Shown here piece by piece: positions 55,727-64,000 of a stretch of 64,000 bases of DNA. The notes beneath the pieces were generated by a model, which ran no database searches, was not told where the DNA came from, and saw only the letters and a program-made list of their open reading frames with translations. The stretch lies in contig UQHO01000003.1 of assembly GCA_900540995.1 (NCBI GenBank), forward strand, positions 2,965 through 66,964, given 5' to 3'. A program made the translations under genes and the position numbers. The stretch is from an uncultured Collinsella sp. (GTDB taxonomy: Bacteria > Actinomycetota > Coriobacteriia > Coriobacteriales > Coriobacteriaceae). How positions within the stretch are numbered: the stretch's first letter is position 1; the number at the start of each line of letters is the position of its first letter.

Positions 55727-56104
55727 TTAGAGAGCGGCGACGACCTCGATCTCGACCAGACCGCCAGCCGGAAGGGCGGCAACCTGGAAAGCGCTGCGCG
55801 CGGGGAACGGGGCCTCGAACTTGGAGGCGTAGATCTCGTTCACGGCAGCGAAGTCGGCAATGTCGGCCAGGTAGACCGTGGTCTTGACGACATCGGCAAA
55901 CGTAGCGCCGGCGGCAGTCAGCAGGGCCTCGACGTTAGCAAGGGACTGCTTGGCCTGGGCCTCGACGCCCTCGGGCATCTTGCCAGTTGTGGGGTCGATG
56001 CCCAGCTGGCCGGACAGGAACACCATGTTGCCGGTCTGGATACCGGGGGAATACGGTCCGATGGCTGCGGGTGCGTTATCGGAAGACACGACGGTCTTGC
56101 TCAT
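55727..56104 (-). CDS. ridA: RidA family (YjgF/L-PSP) imine deaminase
   Basis: A 125-aa RidA-fold sequence, with an ATG that has an AAGGAG RBS. Confidence 0.8.
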   Translation of the reverse strand: MSKTVVSSDNAPAAIGPYSPGIQTGNMVFLSGQLGIDPTTGKMPEGVEAQAKQSLANVEALLTAAGATFADVVKTTVYLADIADFAAVNEIYASKFEAPFPARSAFQVAALPAGGLVEIEVVAAL

Positions 56105-56404
56105 GTTTTTCTCCTTACGATCAGATAGAGAGCGTGAGCGCGGCGTTCGCACCGGGAGGCACAATTCGGTCTGAACACCGCGCTTGATTTGGGATAGTAC
56201 TCAAGGTTTCTGTTTGATGCAAGAATATTATCAGCTGGAGAGAATATTTTATCGCCCAACGGCGCCCGTTGGCAGCTGAACGGTTCTCCACGGGGTCAGC
56301 CAGCCTAAGCTGCTGAAGACTTTATCCCGCTTGGAGCACGGGCATCGCCTGCCGCAACGGCACCACTATACTTTTGAATATCTGAGCATTTTGAAAGGCA
56401 GGAT

Positions 56405-58897
56405 ATGACCGCAACCGCCAGTCGAACCACCAACCGCAGACCCGAGCTTTTGGCGCCCGCCGGAGGGCCCGAGCCCTTTGCCGCCGCGCTCGCTGCCGGG
56501 GCAGACGCCATCTACTGCGGCATGGGCAGCTTCAACGCCCGCCGCAAGGCAACCAACTTTACCGACGAGGCCTTTGAGCAAGCCTGCCGCGCCGCGCATC
56601 TAGCCGGGTCGCGCGTCTACGTCACGGTAAACATCGTCATCAAGCAGTCTGAGATGGGCGATGCGCTGCAACTCATCCATCGCTGCTCCACGCTGGGCGC
56701 CGACGCCTTCATTATCCAGGACTGGGGTCTGTTCTTTGAGGTCAAGCGCACCATGCCCGGCATCGAGACACACATCTCGACCCAGGCGAACATCCACGAC
56801 GACCGCGGAACCCTTTGGTGCCGTGAGCAGGGCGCCGACCGCGTGACTCTCTCGCGCGAGCTCTCCATCGACGAGATCGCCGCCATTCACAACGCCGCGC
56901 CCGATGTGGACCTTGAGGTCTTTAGCCACGGTGCCATCTGCTTTTGCTACTCGGGTCTGTGCCTGCTGTCGAGCTTTGCCATGGCTGGCCGCTCGGCCAA
57001 CCGCGGCATGTGCGCCCAGCCCTGCCGCCTACCCTACAAGCTAATTGACGAGAACGGCCGCTCGCTCTCCCCTGCCGGACGCGAGCGCGCGCTGTGCCCG
57101 CGCGACACCAACACTTCGCAGCTTGTTCGCCGTCTGTATGACGCCGGCGCCGCATCGCTCAAGCTCGAGGGCCGCATGAAGGCCCCCGATTACGTGTATT
57201 CCATCGTCGACGTGTATCGTCATCAGATTGATGACATGCTGGCCGATGTTTCGACCTCTAAGGATGAGGATGCGGCCCGCCAGCGACAGCTCAAGCGCTG
57301 CTTTAACCGCGACTTTACGCACGCCTACCAAGACGGTACCTCGGGTGACGAGATGATGAGCTACGAGCGCTCCAACAACCGCGGCCAGATCGTGGGCACG
57401 GTGCTGGGCAGCCGCCCGGCCAACCGCGATGTGCGCGGCCTCAAGCCCGACGACCGCCGTCGGCGCGCCGCCATCGCCCGCATTGAGTTGTTTGAGCCCG
57501 TGGGCAAGGGCGACCTGCTGGAGCTTCGCCACGATAACGAGTTTGACCAGTTCCTGACCACCATTGCCGCCGATGATGCCGCCGCCGGTGACATCATCGA
57601 GTGCCGCGTGCCTCGCAGCATGCCCGAGGGCTGCCGCGTGCGCGTGATTCGAAGCCAGCGCGCCATTGACGCTGCCGGCGCCGCGCTCAAGCGCGATGTG
57701 CTGCGCCGCCGCGCCGTTGATGTAACCGTTGTGGCGCGTTTGGGCGAACCGTTTGCCGTCACGCTTACTTGCTGCGACGCCCCTTCGCTTACGGCCACGG
57801 CCACGGGCTTTACCGTCGAGGCCGCCAAGACCCGCGCGGTCGAGGCGTCCGATCTGGTAGAGCATGTGGGCCGCATGGGGTCCTCGCCCTTTGAGTCCGC
57901 GAGCTTTGATGTGGCGCTCGATAAGGGCTGCGGCATGGGCTTCTCCGCTGTGCACAAGGTGCGCGCCGCCGCCTGCAAGGCGCTGGAGGAGGCCATTCTG
58001 GCACCGTATGACGAGCGTGCCCGCACGCTCGAGCTGCCGGTGCTCGACAAATGTACGCGGCCCATGCCCGAGCACTACCGCGACGAGCCGCAGATCTGCG
58101 CCACCGTCACCTCGCTCGAGGCCGCCGAGGCAGCGCGAGCGGAGGGTGCAACGCGCATCTACATGACCACCGACGCGCTCGATGCGGCCGAGCTCTCCCC
58201 CGCCGATGCGTTTGAGCAGGGCATCGTGCCCGTGCTCGACGAGGTCTGCCGTGCCGTTGACCACGAGCGCGTCGACCCGTGGGTTGTTGCCGGCGCCACG
58301 GTCGCTATTGGCAACATCTCTGAGCTTGCCCTGGCCGCCCAGGTTGGCGCCACGGCCGAGATTCGCTCTTGCCTGCCGGTGCACAACACGCCCTGCATGG
58401 AGGCGCTTGCCGAGCGCGGGGCCGGTGCGTTTTGGCTCTCGCCCGAGATCACGCTCGACGAGATTGTCTCGTTCGGCGCCGCCGCGCCCGCGACTCTGGG
58501 CATCACCGTCTTTGGCCGCCCACGCGTCATGACAAGCGAGCATTGCATTCTGCAGGTTGCCAACGGCTGCATCCACGATTGCGCCAACTGCCGCCTGCGT
58601 GCCCGCAAGCTCTCGCTCAAGAATATCGACGGCAAGGTCATGCCCGTACGCACCGACATCCATGGCCGCTCTCGCTTGTACGATGCTTACCCCATCGACC
58701 TCACGCCGCAGGTACCGCAGTTGCTCGACGCCGGCGTCCGTCGTCTTATGGTCGACGGAACCTTGCTCGAGGCCGATGAGATTGGCCGTGCCGTCGCTCG
58801 CGTCCGTCGCGCCGTCGAGGCGGCTCAAGCCGGCCGCAAGCCCGCCGCCCGCCTGCGCGGCGCCACCTCGGGCTGCATGTTTGTGGGAATTAGCTAA
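56405..58897 (+). CDS. Peptidase U32 family protein, long form (830 aa)
   Basis: U32 N-terminus (PELLAPAGG...IYCG...FNAR, Cys cluster) with a C-terminal extension of about 400 aa. It is a paralog of the 8150-10108 gene. Confidence 0.8.
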   Translation: MTATASRTTNRRPELLAPAGGPEPFAAALAAGADAIYCGMGSFNARRKATNFTDEAFEQACRAAHLAGSRVYVTVNIVIKQSEMGDALQLIHRCSTLGADAFIIQDWGLFFEVKRTMPGIETHISTQANIHDDRGTLWCREQGADRVTLSRELSIDEIAAIHNAAPDVDLEVFSHGAICFCYSGLCLLSSFAMAGRSANRGMCAQPCRLPYKLIDENGRSLSPAGRERALCPRDTNTSQLVRRLYDAGAASLKLEGRMKAPDYVYSIVDVYRHQIDDMLADVSTSKDEDAARQRQLKRCFNRDFTHAYQDGTSGDEMMSYERSNNRGQIVGTVLGSRPANRDVRGLKPDDRRRRAAIARIELFEPVGKGDLLELRHDNEFDQFLTTIAADDAAAGDIIECRVPRSMPEGCRVRVIRSQRAIDAAGAALKRDVLRRRAVDVTVVARLGEPFAVTLTCCDAPSLTATATGFTVEAAKTRAVEASDLVEHVGRMGSSPFESASFDVALDKGCGMGFSAVHKVRAAACKALEEAILAPYDERARTLELPVLDKCTRPMPEHYRDEPQICATVTSLEAAEAARAEGATRIYMTTDALDAAELSPADAFEQGIVPVLDEVCRAVDHERVDPWVVAGATVAIGNISELALAAQVGATAEIRSCLPVHNTPCMEALAERGAGAFWLSPEITLDEIVSFGAAAPATLGITVFGRPRVMTSEHCILQVANGCIHDCANCRLRARKLSLKNIDGKVMPVRTDIHGRSRLYDAYPIDLTPQVPQLLDAGVRRLMVDGTLLEADEIGRAVARVRRAVEAAQAGRKPAARLRGATSGCMFVGIS

Positions 58898-58912
58898 TCG
58901 AAAGGCTTACAC

Positions 58913-59572
58913 GTGAACGAAGAACCTCAAGTCCTCTACTGCGACGCCTGGCTCATGGCTATCGATAAGCCTGCCGGCATGATCGTCCACGGTGACGGCA
59001 CCGGCGAGCGCACACTTACCGACTACGCCAGCGACCTGCTGCTGGCGATGGGCGACGGCTTTGCCGCGACCGACATGCAACCGCTCAACCGCTTGGACCG
59101 CGACACCACCGGCGTGGTGTTGTTCTCGCTCGACAAGCGGACGCAGCCCGCTTTTGACCAGATGGTCATCGACCACGCATTCGAAAAGCACTATCTGGCG
59201 CTCGCCGAGGGCAAGATCGACTGGAACGAAAAGCTCATCGACAAGCCCATCGCCCGCGACCGCCACGACAGCCGCAAGATGCGCGTCGGCGCCAGCGGCA
59301 AGCCGTCTCAGACGCGCGTCAAGGTACTCAAGCGCCTTAAGAGCCGCCGAGGCCTGCCCGCGCGTTCGTATATCGATGTTGAGCTGCTCACCGGCCGCAA
59401 GCATCAGATTCGCGTGCACCTGGCCAGCGAGCGTCACCCCCTGGTTGGCGACGACCTGTACGGAACGCCGCGCCCCTGCGGCCTGATGCTCCACGCCCAC
59501 AGCGTGTCCTTCACGCATCCCGTAACCGGCGAGCACATCCACATCGAAGCCCCCTGCCCCTGGGAGCCCTAA
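58913..59572 (+). CDS. RluA family pseudouridine synthase
   Basis: NRLDRDTTG catalytic motif. It starts 16 nt after the U32 gene. Confidence 0.8.
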   Translation: MNEEPQVLYCDAWLMAIDKPAGMIVHGDGTGERTLTDYASDLLLAMGDGFAATDMQPLNRLDRDTTGVVLFSLDKRTQPAFDQMVIDHAFEKHYLALAEGKIDWNEKLIDKPIARDRHDSRKMRVGASGKPSQTRVKVLKRLKSRRGLPARSYIDVELLTGRKHQIRVHLASERHPLVGDDLYGTPRPCGLMLHAHSVSFTHPVTGEHIHIEAPCPWEP

Positions 59573-59632
59573 ACCACCACAATGGGGACAGGCACCTTCG
59601 CGGTGGTTTTGGCCTTAGCCCGTCCCCTGCTG

Positions 59633-60379
59633 CTAGACCGTGATGACGTTGTCCATTGCCCGGTACTTGGCGGGGACCTCGCCTGCGGTAATAATCGTTG
59701 CGTCGCGGAAGTCCGCGAACTTGACGGGCGCCACCATGCCAAATTTACTGGCGTCCGAGATTACGAAGCGTTTGGCGGTATGGCGCATCGAGATACGCTT
59801 GACCTGTGCTTCCTCGATATCCGGTGTGGTGAGACCTTGCTCGGCCGCGATGCCGTTGGATCCCCAAAAGCCGCAGTTGAAGTTATAGCGGTCCAGGGTT
59901 GCCAAGGCATCGGGGCCAACGAGCGCCTCGGTCTCGGGTTTGAGCTCGCCGCCCAGCACCACGGTACGCATGCCGCGCAAAGCAAGGTGCTGAGCATGGA
60001 GCACGGAATCGGTCACATAGGTGACGCCGTCGAGACGCGGAAGATGCTCGATGAGCTTGAGGGTCGTTGAGCCCGAATCGATATACACAAAGCTATCGGG
60101 CTCCACCAGGGCCGCGGCACGAGCACAGATGCGCTCCTTGTCATCGTTATGGAGATCACTGCGTTCGCTGATCGTCAAGTCGCGCGTCACGTGCGCGCGC
60201 TCCAGACTCGTCGCACCTCCGTGCACCTTGGCGATACGGTGCGCGCGGTCGAGCGTTTGCAAGTCACGGCGAATGGTGGACGGTGTCACGCCCAGGGCCT
60301 CGGCAAGTTCCGGCACGGTAACCGAGCCGGCCTGCTGCACCATCGACACGATCGCATTGAGCCTATCTTCCGCAAGCAT
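59633..60379 (-). CDS. DeoR/GlpR family transcriptional regulator
   Basis: N-terminal HTH (VTVPELAEALGVTPSTIRRDL) and a C-terminal DeoR sugar-binding domain. Confidence 0.85.
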   Translation of the reverse strand: MLAEDRLNAIVSMVQQAGSVTVPELAEALGVTPSTIRRDLQTLDRAHRIAKVHGGATSLERAHVTRDLTISERSDLHNDDKERICARAAALVEPDSFVYIDSGSTTLKLIEHLPRLDGVTYVTDSVLHAQHLALRGMRTVVLGGELKPETEALVGPDALATLDRYNFNCGFWGSNGIAAEQGLTTPDIEEAQVKRISMRHTAKRFVISDASKFGMVAPVKFADFRDATIITAGEVPAKYRAMDNVITV

Positions 60380-60382
60380 CGC

Positions 60383-61462
60383 TTACTCCTCCTCGGGGTA
60401 GACGACTCCCCAATCGGCGCGGAGCTTGGTCATGAGCTCCATCACATCAGAAGCATAATCCAGAAGCTCACGCTTGGAATCGTCGCCGGCGACGGCCTGC
60501 TCGAGGTCAGCCATCTCGTAGCACAGGGCATAAGCCTCGGTGCCAGCGTGGACCTCCTCACGGCGACCGTCCGCAGTCCACACGATGGTCGCATGGTCGG
60601 CGCGCGGATACTCGTTGACCTCGATATAGCACTTGTCGAAGCTAATGACCGAACGCTTGGGCTGCTTGGAGTGGAGCGTGAGGCTCACCACGCCCAGCTG
60701 CTGTTCGGCATTACGGCAGACGATGCCGCCTGCAACGTCCACGCCGGTCTTGCAGGTGTTACCCAGAGACACGACCTCGACGGGCTGGCTCGCCATAAAC
60801 AGGCGCATGACGGACAGGGCGTATACGCCAATATCGAGCATGGCACCGCCGGCGAGGTTGCGATTGTAGAAACGGTTGGTCAGGTCGCCGTACTCCTTGT
60901 AGCTACCAAAGTTGAGCTGAGCGAGGTTCATGCGGCCAAACTCGCCGGCATCCATGCGGCAGCGCAGCTCTTGATACAAGGGCATGTGGAGCACCGTGGT
61001 AGCGTCCATAAGAACCACGTTGTGTTCGGCGGCAATGGCGCGGGCCTCTTCGAGCTCGGCGGAGTTGAGCGTGATGGCCTTCTCGCAGAGCACGTGCTTG
61101 CCGGCCGCCAGGGCGGCGCGCAGATAGGTGATATGGGTGTTGTGCGGGGTGGTGATGTAGACGGCGTCGATGTCAGGATCGGCGTAGAGATCCTCAACCG
61201 TGTCATAGACCTTCTCAACGCCATACTGTTCTGCAAAAGCCTGAGCCTTGGACAACGTGCGGTTGGCAACGCCCGCGAGCTTTCGGCCGGCAAGGGCAAG
61301 GGACTGAGCCATCTGGTTGGCAATAACGCCGCAACCGATCACAGCCCAACGGAGCTCGGGAGCCGTAAAGATGTCGTTAGGGAACGGCTTGTCCTGGACC
61401 GAAGCAAATGCTGCTTTGGCGGCTGCCGCGGCGTCGAGTGGAGCCTGCTTGGAATCTGCCAT
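60383..61462 (-). CDS. Gfo/Idh/MocA family NAD(P)-dependent oxidoreductase
   Basis: Rossmann motif AVIGCGVIANQ and the EKA motif. It is co-directional with, and 3 nt upstream of, the DeoR gene. Confidence 0.8.
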   Translation of the reverse strand: MADSKQAPLDAAAAAKAAFASVQDKPFPNDIFTAPELRWAVIGCGVIANQMAQSLALAGRKLAGVANRTLSKAQAFAEQYGVEKVYDTVEDLYADPDIDAVYITTPHNTHITYLRAALAAGKHVLCEKAITLNSAELEEARAIAAEHNVVLMDATTVLHMPLYQELRCRMDAGEFGRMNLAQLNFGSYKEYGDLTNRFYNRNLAGGAMLDIGVYALSVMRLFMASQPVEVVSLGNTCKTGVDVAGGIVCRNAEQQLGVVSLTLHSKQPKRSVISFDKCYIEVNEYPRADHATIVWTADGRREEVHAGTEAYALCYEMADLEQAVAGDDSKRELLDYASDVMELMTKLRADWGVVYPEEE

Positions 61463-61729
61463 TATGTGTCTCCTGTGTCATAGAACGTCTTGCATTTCTG
61501 ACAGCTCTATATTCGCACAAACACGCGCGTTTGTGCGCGTTTTTGCGTATCTCACCGCTAAACGGTCATTATTGCCCCGTAAACGGCGCATATATACGCA
61601 TAGGTGCGTAATTAAACGCAATCTAACGCGCATAAACGCGCACACAAGCAATTTATACAGCACGACCCGCTCATTTATGCTTACCCAGTTAGGGTACTCA
61701 TTTAAGTCTGTCCCAAATGAGTGGGGATA
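61463..61729. promoter_or_regulatory. Promoter/operator region of the oxidoreductase-DeoR operon, with repeated AAACGCGCA-like motifs
   Basis: The hairpin cgcacaaac-acgcgc-gtttgtgcg and repeated (a)aacgcgca(c) and cgcatag motifs in an AT-enriched stretch. Confidence 0.35.
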
Positions 61730-61762
61730 GAAAAAGGCCCGGGTGCCGTGGCATCCGGGCCT
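61730..61762 (-). terminator. Rho-independent terminator immediately downstream of rplX
   Basis: Minus-strand reading gives ggcccggatgccacggcacccgggcc followed by tttttc. This ends the upstream r-protein transcript before the inserted block. Confidence 0.7.
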
Positions 61763-61790
61763 TTGCTAGCAACTTGATGTTGCGGGCAGC

Positions 61791-62096
61791 TTAGAACTTG
61801 TGGCCGCACTTCTTGCAGACGCGCAGCTTGTTCTTGCCGTCCTTCTCGTGACCGACGCGGGTAACCTTACCGCACTCGGGGCAAACGAGATTGACGTTGG
61901 AGGCGTCGATGGGAGCCTCCTGCGAAACGATGCCGCCCTGCTGGTTGGCAGCGTTGGGCTTGACGGCCTTCTTGACGACCGAAACGCCCTCGACAACGAC
62001 CTTGTTCTCGGCGGGGAGAGCACGCAGGACAACGCCCTGCTTGCCGCGATCCTTACCAGAGAGAACCTGGACCTTATCGCCCTTCTTGATATACAT
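61791..62096 (-). CDS. rplX: 50S ribosomal protein L24
   Basis: KOW motif [23 protein letters not shown]. Confidence 0.95.
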   Translation of the reverse strand: MYIKKGDKVQVLSGKDRGKQGVVLRALPAENKVVVEGVSVVKKAVKPNAANQQGGIVSQEAPIDASNVNLVCPECGKVTRVGHEKDGKNKLRVCKKCGHKF

Positions 62097-62109
62097 ATAT
62101 CTCCCCTAA

Positions 62110-62478
62110 CTACAGGGTCTCGGGAGCGAGCGAGACGATCTTCATGTACTTCTTGTCACGAAGCTCGCGAGCGACAGGCCCGAAGATACGGGTGCCGACG
62201 GGCGAACCATCGTTGTTGATGACAACGCAGGCGTTCTCATCAAAGCGAATGTAGGAGCCATCCTTGCGGCGGATCTCCTTAACGGTGCGAACGACGACGC
62301 AACGGACAACGTCCTTCTTCTTGACGTTGGCGCCAGGGGTAGCCTCCTGGACAGCACCGATGAACACATCGCCGATGCCTGCATAACGACGCTTGGAACC
62401 GCCAAGCACCTTGATGCAGCGAATCTTGCGAGCGCCGGAGTTGTCGGCGACGTTCAGCATGGTTTGCATCTGAATCAT
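62110..62478 (-). CDS. rplN: 50S ribosomal protein L14
   Basis: [18 protein letters not shown], the canonical L14 N-terminus. Confidence 0.97.
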   Translation of the reverse strand: MIQMQTMLNVADNSGARKIRCIKVLGGSKRRYAGIGDVFIGAVQEATPGANVKKKDVVRCVVVRTVKEIRRKDGSYIRFDENACVVINNDGSPVGTRIFGPVARELRDKKYMKIVSLAPETL

Positions 62479-62596
62479 GGTAGATGTTCCTCCGAACTAA
62501 GAACCGAAGAGAGGTGCGCAGCCTTTATGCGGCTCGTGGTATGCAAGCCAGGCATACGCACATCTTCGGAAACGTACAAGTCGTAAGAGCGACTGC

Positions 62597-62857
62597 TTAT
62601 TTAGCGCGCTCGACGACCTCGATGAGGCGCCAACGCTTCATCTTGGACATAGGACGGGTCTCCATAACGCGGACGGTATCGCCCACGCCAGCCGTGCACT
62701 CCTCGTCGTGAGCGTGCAGCTTCTTGGAGCTGGTCATCATCTTGCCGTACTTGGGGTGACGCTTGCGCTCGGTGATGGTGACAACAATGGTCTTGGCACC
62801 GGAGACGGAGGTAACGACACCCGTACGGACCTTACGCGAGTTACGCGAATCAGTCAT
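62597..62857 (-). CDS. rpsQ: 30S ribosomal protein S17
   Basis: S17 sequence. Confidence 0.95.
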   Translation of the reverse strand: MTDSRNSRKVRTGVVTSVSGAKTIVVTITERKRHPKYGKMMTSSKKLHAHDEECTAGVGDTVRVMETRPMSKMKRWRLIEVVERAK

Positions 62858-62873
62858 GTTCTCTCCTTAGGTC

Positions 62874-63089
62874 CTACTCGGCGACAGCGGACTTCTCCGC
62901 TGCGATCTCGCGGGCGCGCTGCTCCGTGAGGACGCGAGCGATGTCCTTCTTCACGGTGTTGACGCGAGCGGTGTTGTCCAGCTGGCTGGTGGCCATCTGG
63001 AAACGAAGGTTAAAGAGCTCGGCGCGCATTTCCTTCAGCTTCTCAACGAGCTGAGCGTCCGAGAGCTCACGAATCTCTGCGGGCTTCAT
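62874..63089 (-). CDS. rpmC: 50S ribosomal protein L29
   Basis: L29 sequence. Confidence 0.95.
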   Translation of the reverse strand: MKPAEIRELSDAQLVEKLKEMRAELFNLRFQMATSQLDNTARVNTVKKDIARVLTEQRAREIAAEKSAVAE

Positions 63090-63592
63090 TAGTTCTCCTC
63101 CTTGGCGGCGGCGGCGTCCTCAGCAGCCCACTTGGCCTCGAGAGCGGCCTCCTCAGCCATCTCCTTCTCGATGCGCTGCTCAGCGTTCTTAGCAGCAACA
63201 ATCTTGGTCTTGATGGGGAGCTTGTGCTGCGCAAGACGCAGAGCCTCGCGAGCGACCTCCTCGGGAACACCCTTGACCTCGAACATGATGCGGCCGGGCT
63301 TGACGACGGCCACCCACTCCTCGGGATTACCCTTACCAGAACCCATGCGAGTCTCGGCGGGCTTCTTGGTGATGGGCTTATCGGGGAAGATCGTGATGTA
63401 GACACGACCGCCACGCTTCATGTAGCGGGTCATGGCAATACGAGCGGCCTCGATCTGACGGTTGGTGATCCAATGGGCCTCGAGAGCCTGGATACCAAAC
63501 TCGCCGAAATGCAGCTCGGTATTACCCTTGGCCTGGCCCTTCATGGAGCCACGCTGCACCTTGCGGTGAAGAATACGCTTAGGGGCAAGCAC
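63089..63592 (-). CDS. rplP: 50S ribosomal protein L16 with an acidic/Ala-rich C-terminal extension
   Basis: L16 core followed by an [22 protein letters not shown] tail. Confidence 0.95.
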   Translation of the reverse strand: MLAPKRILHRKVQRGSMKGQAKGNTELHFGEFGIQALEAHWITNRQIEAARIAMTRYMKRGGRVYITIFPDKPITKKPAETRMGSGKGNPEEWVAVVKPGRIMFEVKGVPEEVAREALRLAQHKLPIKTKIVAAKNAEQRIEKEMAEEAALEAKWAAEDAAAAKEEN

Positions 63593-64000
63593 TACTGACC
63601 CCTCCTCTCGGAGTTACGACGACGAGGACGGGAAGAGCCCTCGAGTGCAGGGTTGGGAACAGGCTGGCCCGGGAGCTTCTCGCCCAGGTAGATCCAGACC
63701 TTCACGCCGCAAGCGCCCATGGTGGTGCTGGCGACAGCCGTGCCGTAGTCGATCTTGGCGCGGAGGGTGTGCAGAGGCACGCGACCCTCACGGTACCACT
63801 CACGACGGCCCATCTCGGCACCGCCGAGACGACCGGAGCACTGGATACGGATGCCCTTGGCGCCGGCCTTGCGAGCGGACTGGACAGCCTTGCGCATAGC
63901 GCGACGGAAGGCAACGCGGCCCTCGAGCTGCTCAGCAATGGACTGAGCAACGAGGTTGGCGTCGAGCTCGGGGCGCTTGATCTCGACAACGTCGACGGAG
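63592..64000 (-). CDS. rpsC: 30S ribosomal protein S3 (C-terminal part; gene continues beyond window end)
   Basis: The frame stays open to the window edge. ...[42 protein letters not shown] matches the S3 C-terminal domain. Confidence 0.9.
   Translation of the reverse strand, partial: SVDVVEIKRPELDANLVAQSIAEQLEGRVAFRRAMRKAVQSARKAGAKGIRIQCSGRLGGAEMGRREWYREGRVPLHTLRAKIDYGTAVASTTMGACGVKVWIYLGEKLPGQPVPNPALEGSSRPRRRNSERRGQ

Overview
This is high-GC DNA (roughly 60-65% GC) with Actinobacteria-like (Coriobacteriia-like) ribosomal proteins. The lineage assignment is an inference only. The backbone is housekeeping: rpmE, an ACT-domain protein, citrate synthase, two Cof-type HAD phosphatases, adenine deaminase, tyrS, a U32 peptidase, a class A PBP, argR, a GT2-like gene and truA. 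The S10-spc-alpha ribosomal cluster lies on the minus strand as rpsC(partial)-rplP-rpmC-rpsQ-rplN-rplX ... rplE-rpsZ-rpsH-rplF-rplR-rpsE-rpmD-rplO-secY-adk-map-infA-rpmJ-rpsM-rpsK-rpsD-rpoA-rplQ. The most notable structural feature is a ~36.7-kb block of non-ribosomal genes (about 25.07-61.79 kb) between rplX and rplE, inside what is normally the contiguous spc operon. rplX ends with its own rho-independent terminator. The inserted block carries a near-complete selenium-dependent molybdenum hydroxylase (SDMH) gene set of the E. coli ygeW-ygfU type: XdhC-like, YqeB/EF2563-like, YqeC-like, MocA/YgfJ-like, hydantoinase, YgeW, YgeY, DpaL/YgeX, an XdhD-like fused 2Fe-2S/molybdopterin hydroxylase, a 4Fe-4S ferredoxin, YgfK-like, SsnA, an NCS2 purine permease, RidA and two YheO-like PAS-HTH regulators. 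It also carries a long U32 peptidase, an RluA pseudouridine synthase, a DeoR regulator and a Gfo/Idh/MocA oxidoreductase. The SDMH set is itself split by a nested ~10-kb accessory segment (about 35.35-45.2 kb) of uncharacterised genes: a Pro-rich tail-anchored membrane protein, two hypotheticals, an LAxTG sortase-anchored triple-repeat surface protein, a DEDDh exonuclease flanked by 23-bp direct repeats, and two orphan AAA+ ATPases (DUF4143 and DUF234 types). The segment also has 22-bp iteron-like tandem repeats, a perfect 25-bp-arm AT-rich palindrome and other repeat elements. No rRNA, tRNA, CRISPR array, transposase or integrase was recognised. Coordinates I derived by hand (repeats and adjusted starts) may be off by 1-2 nt.
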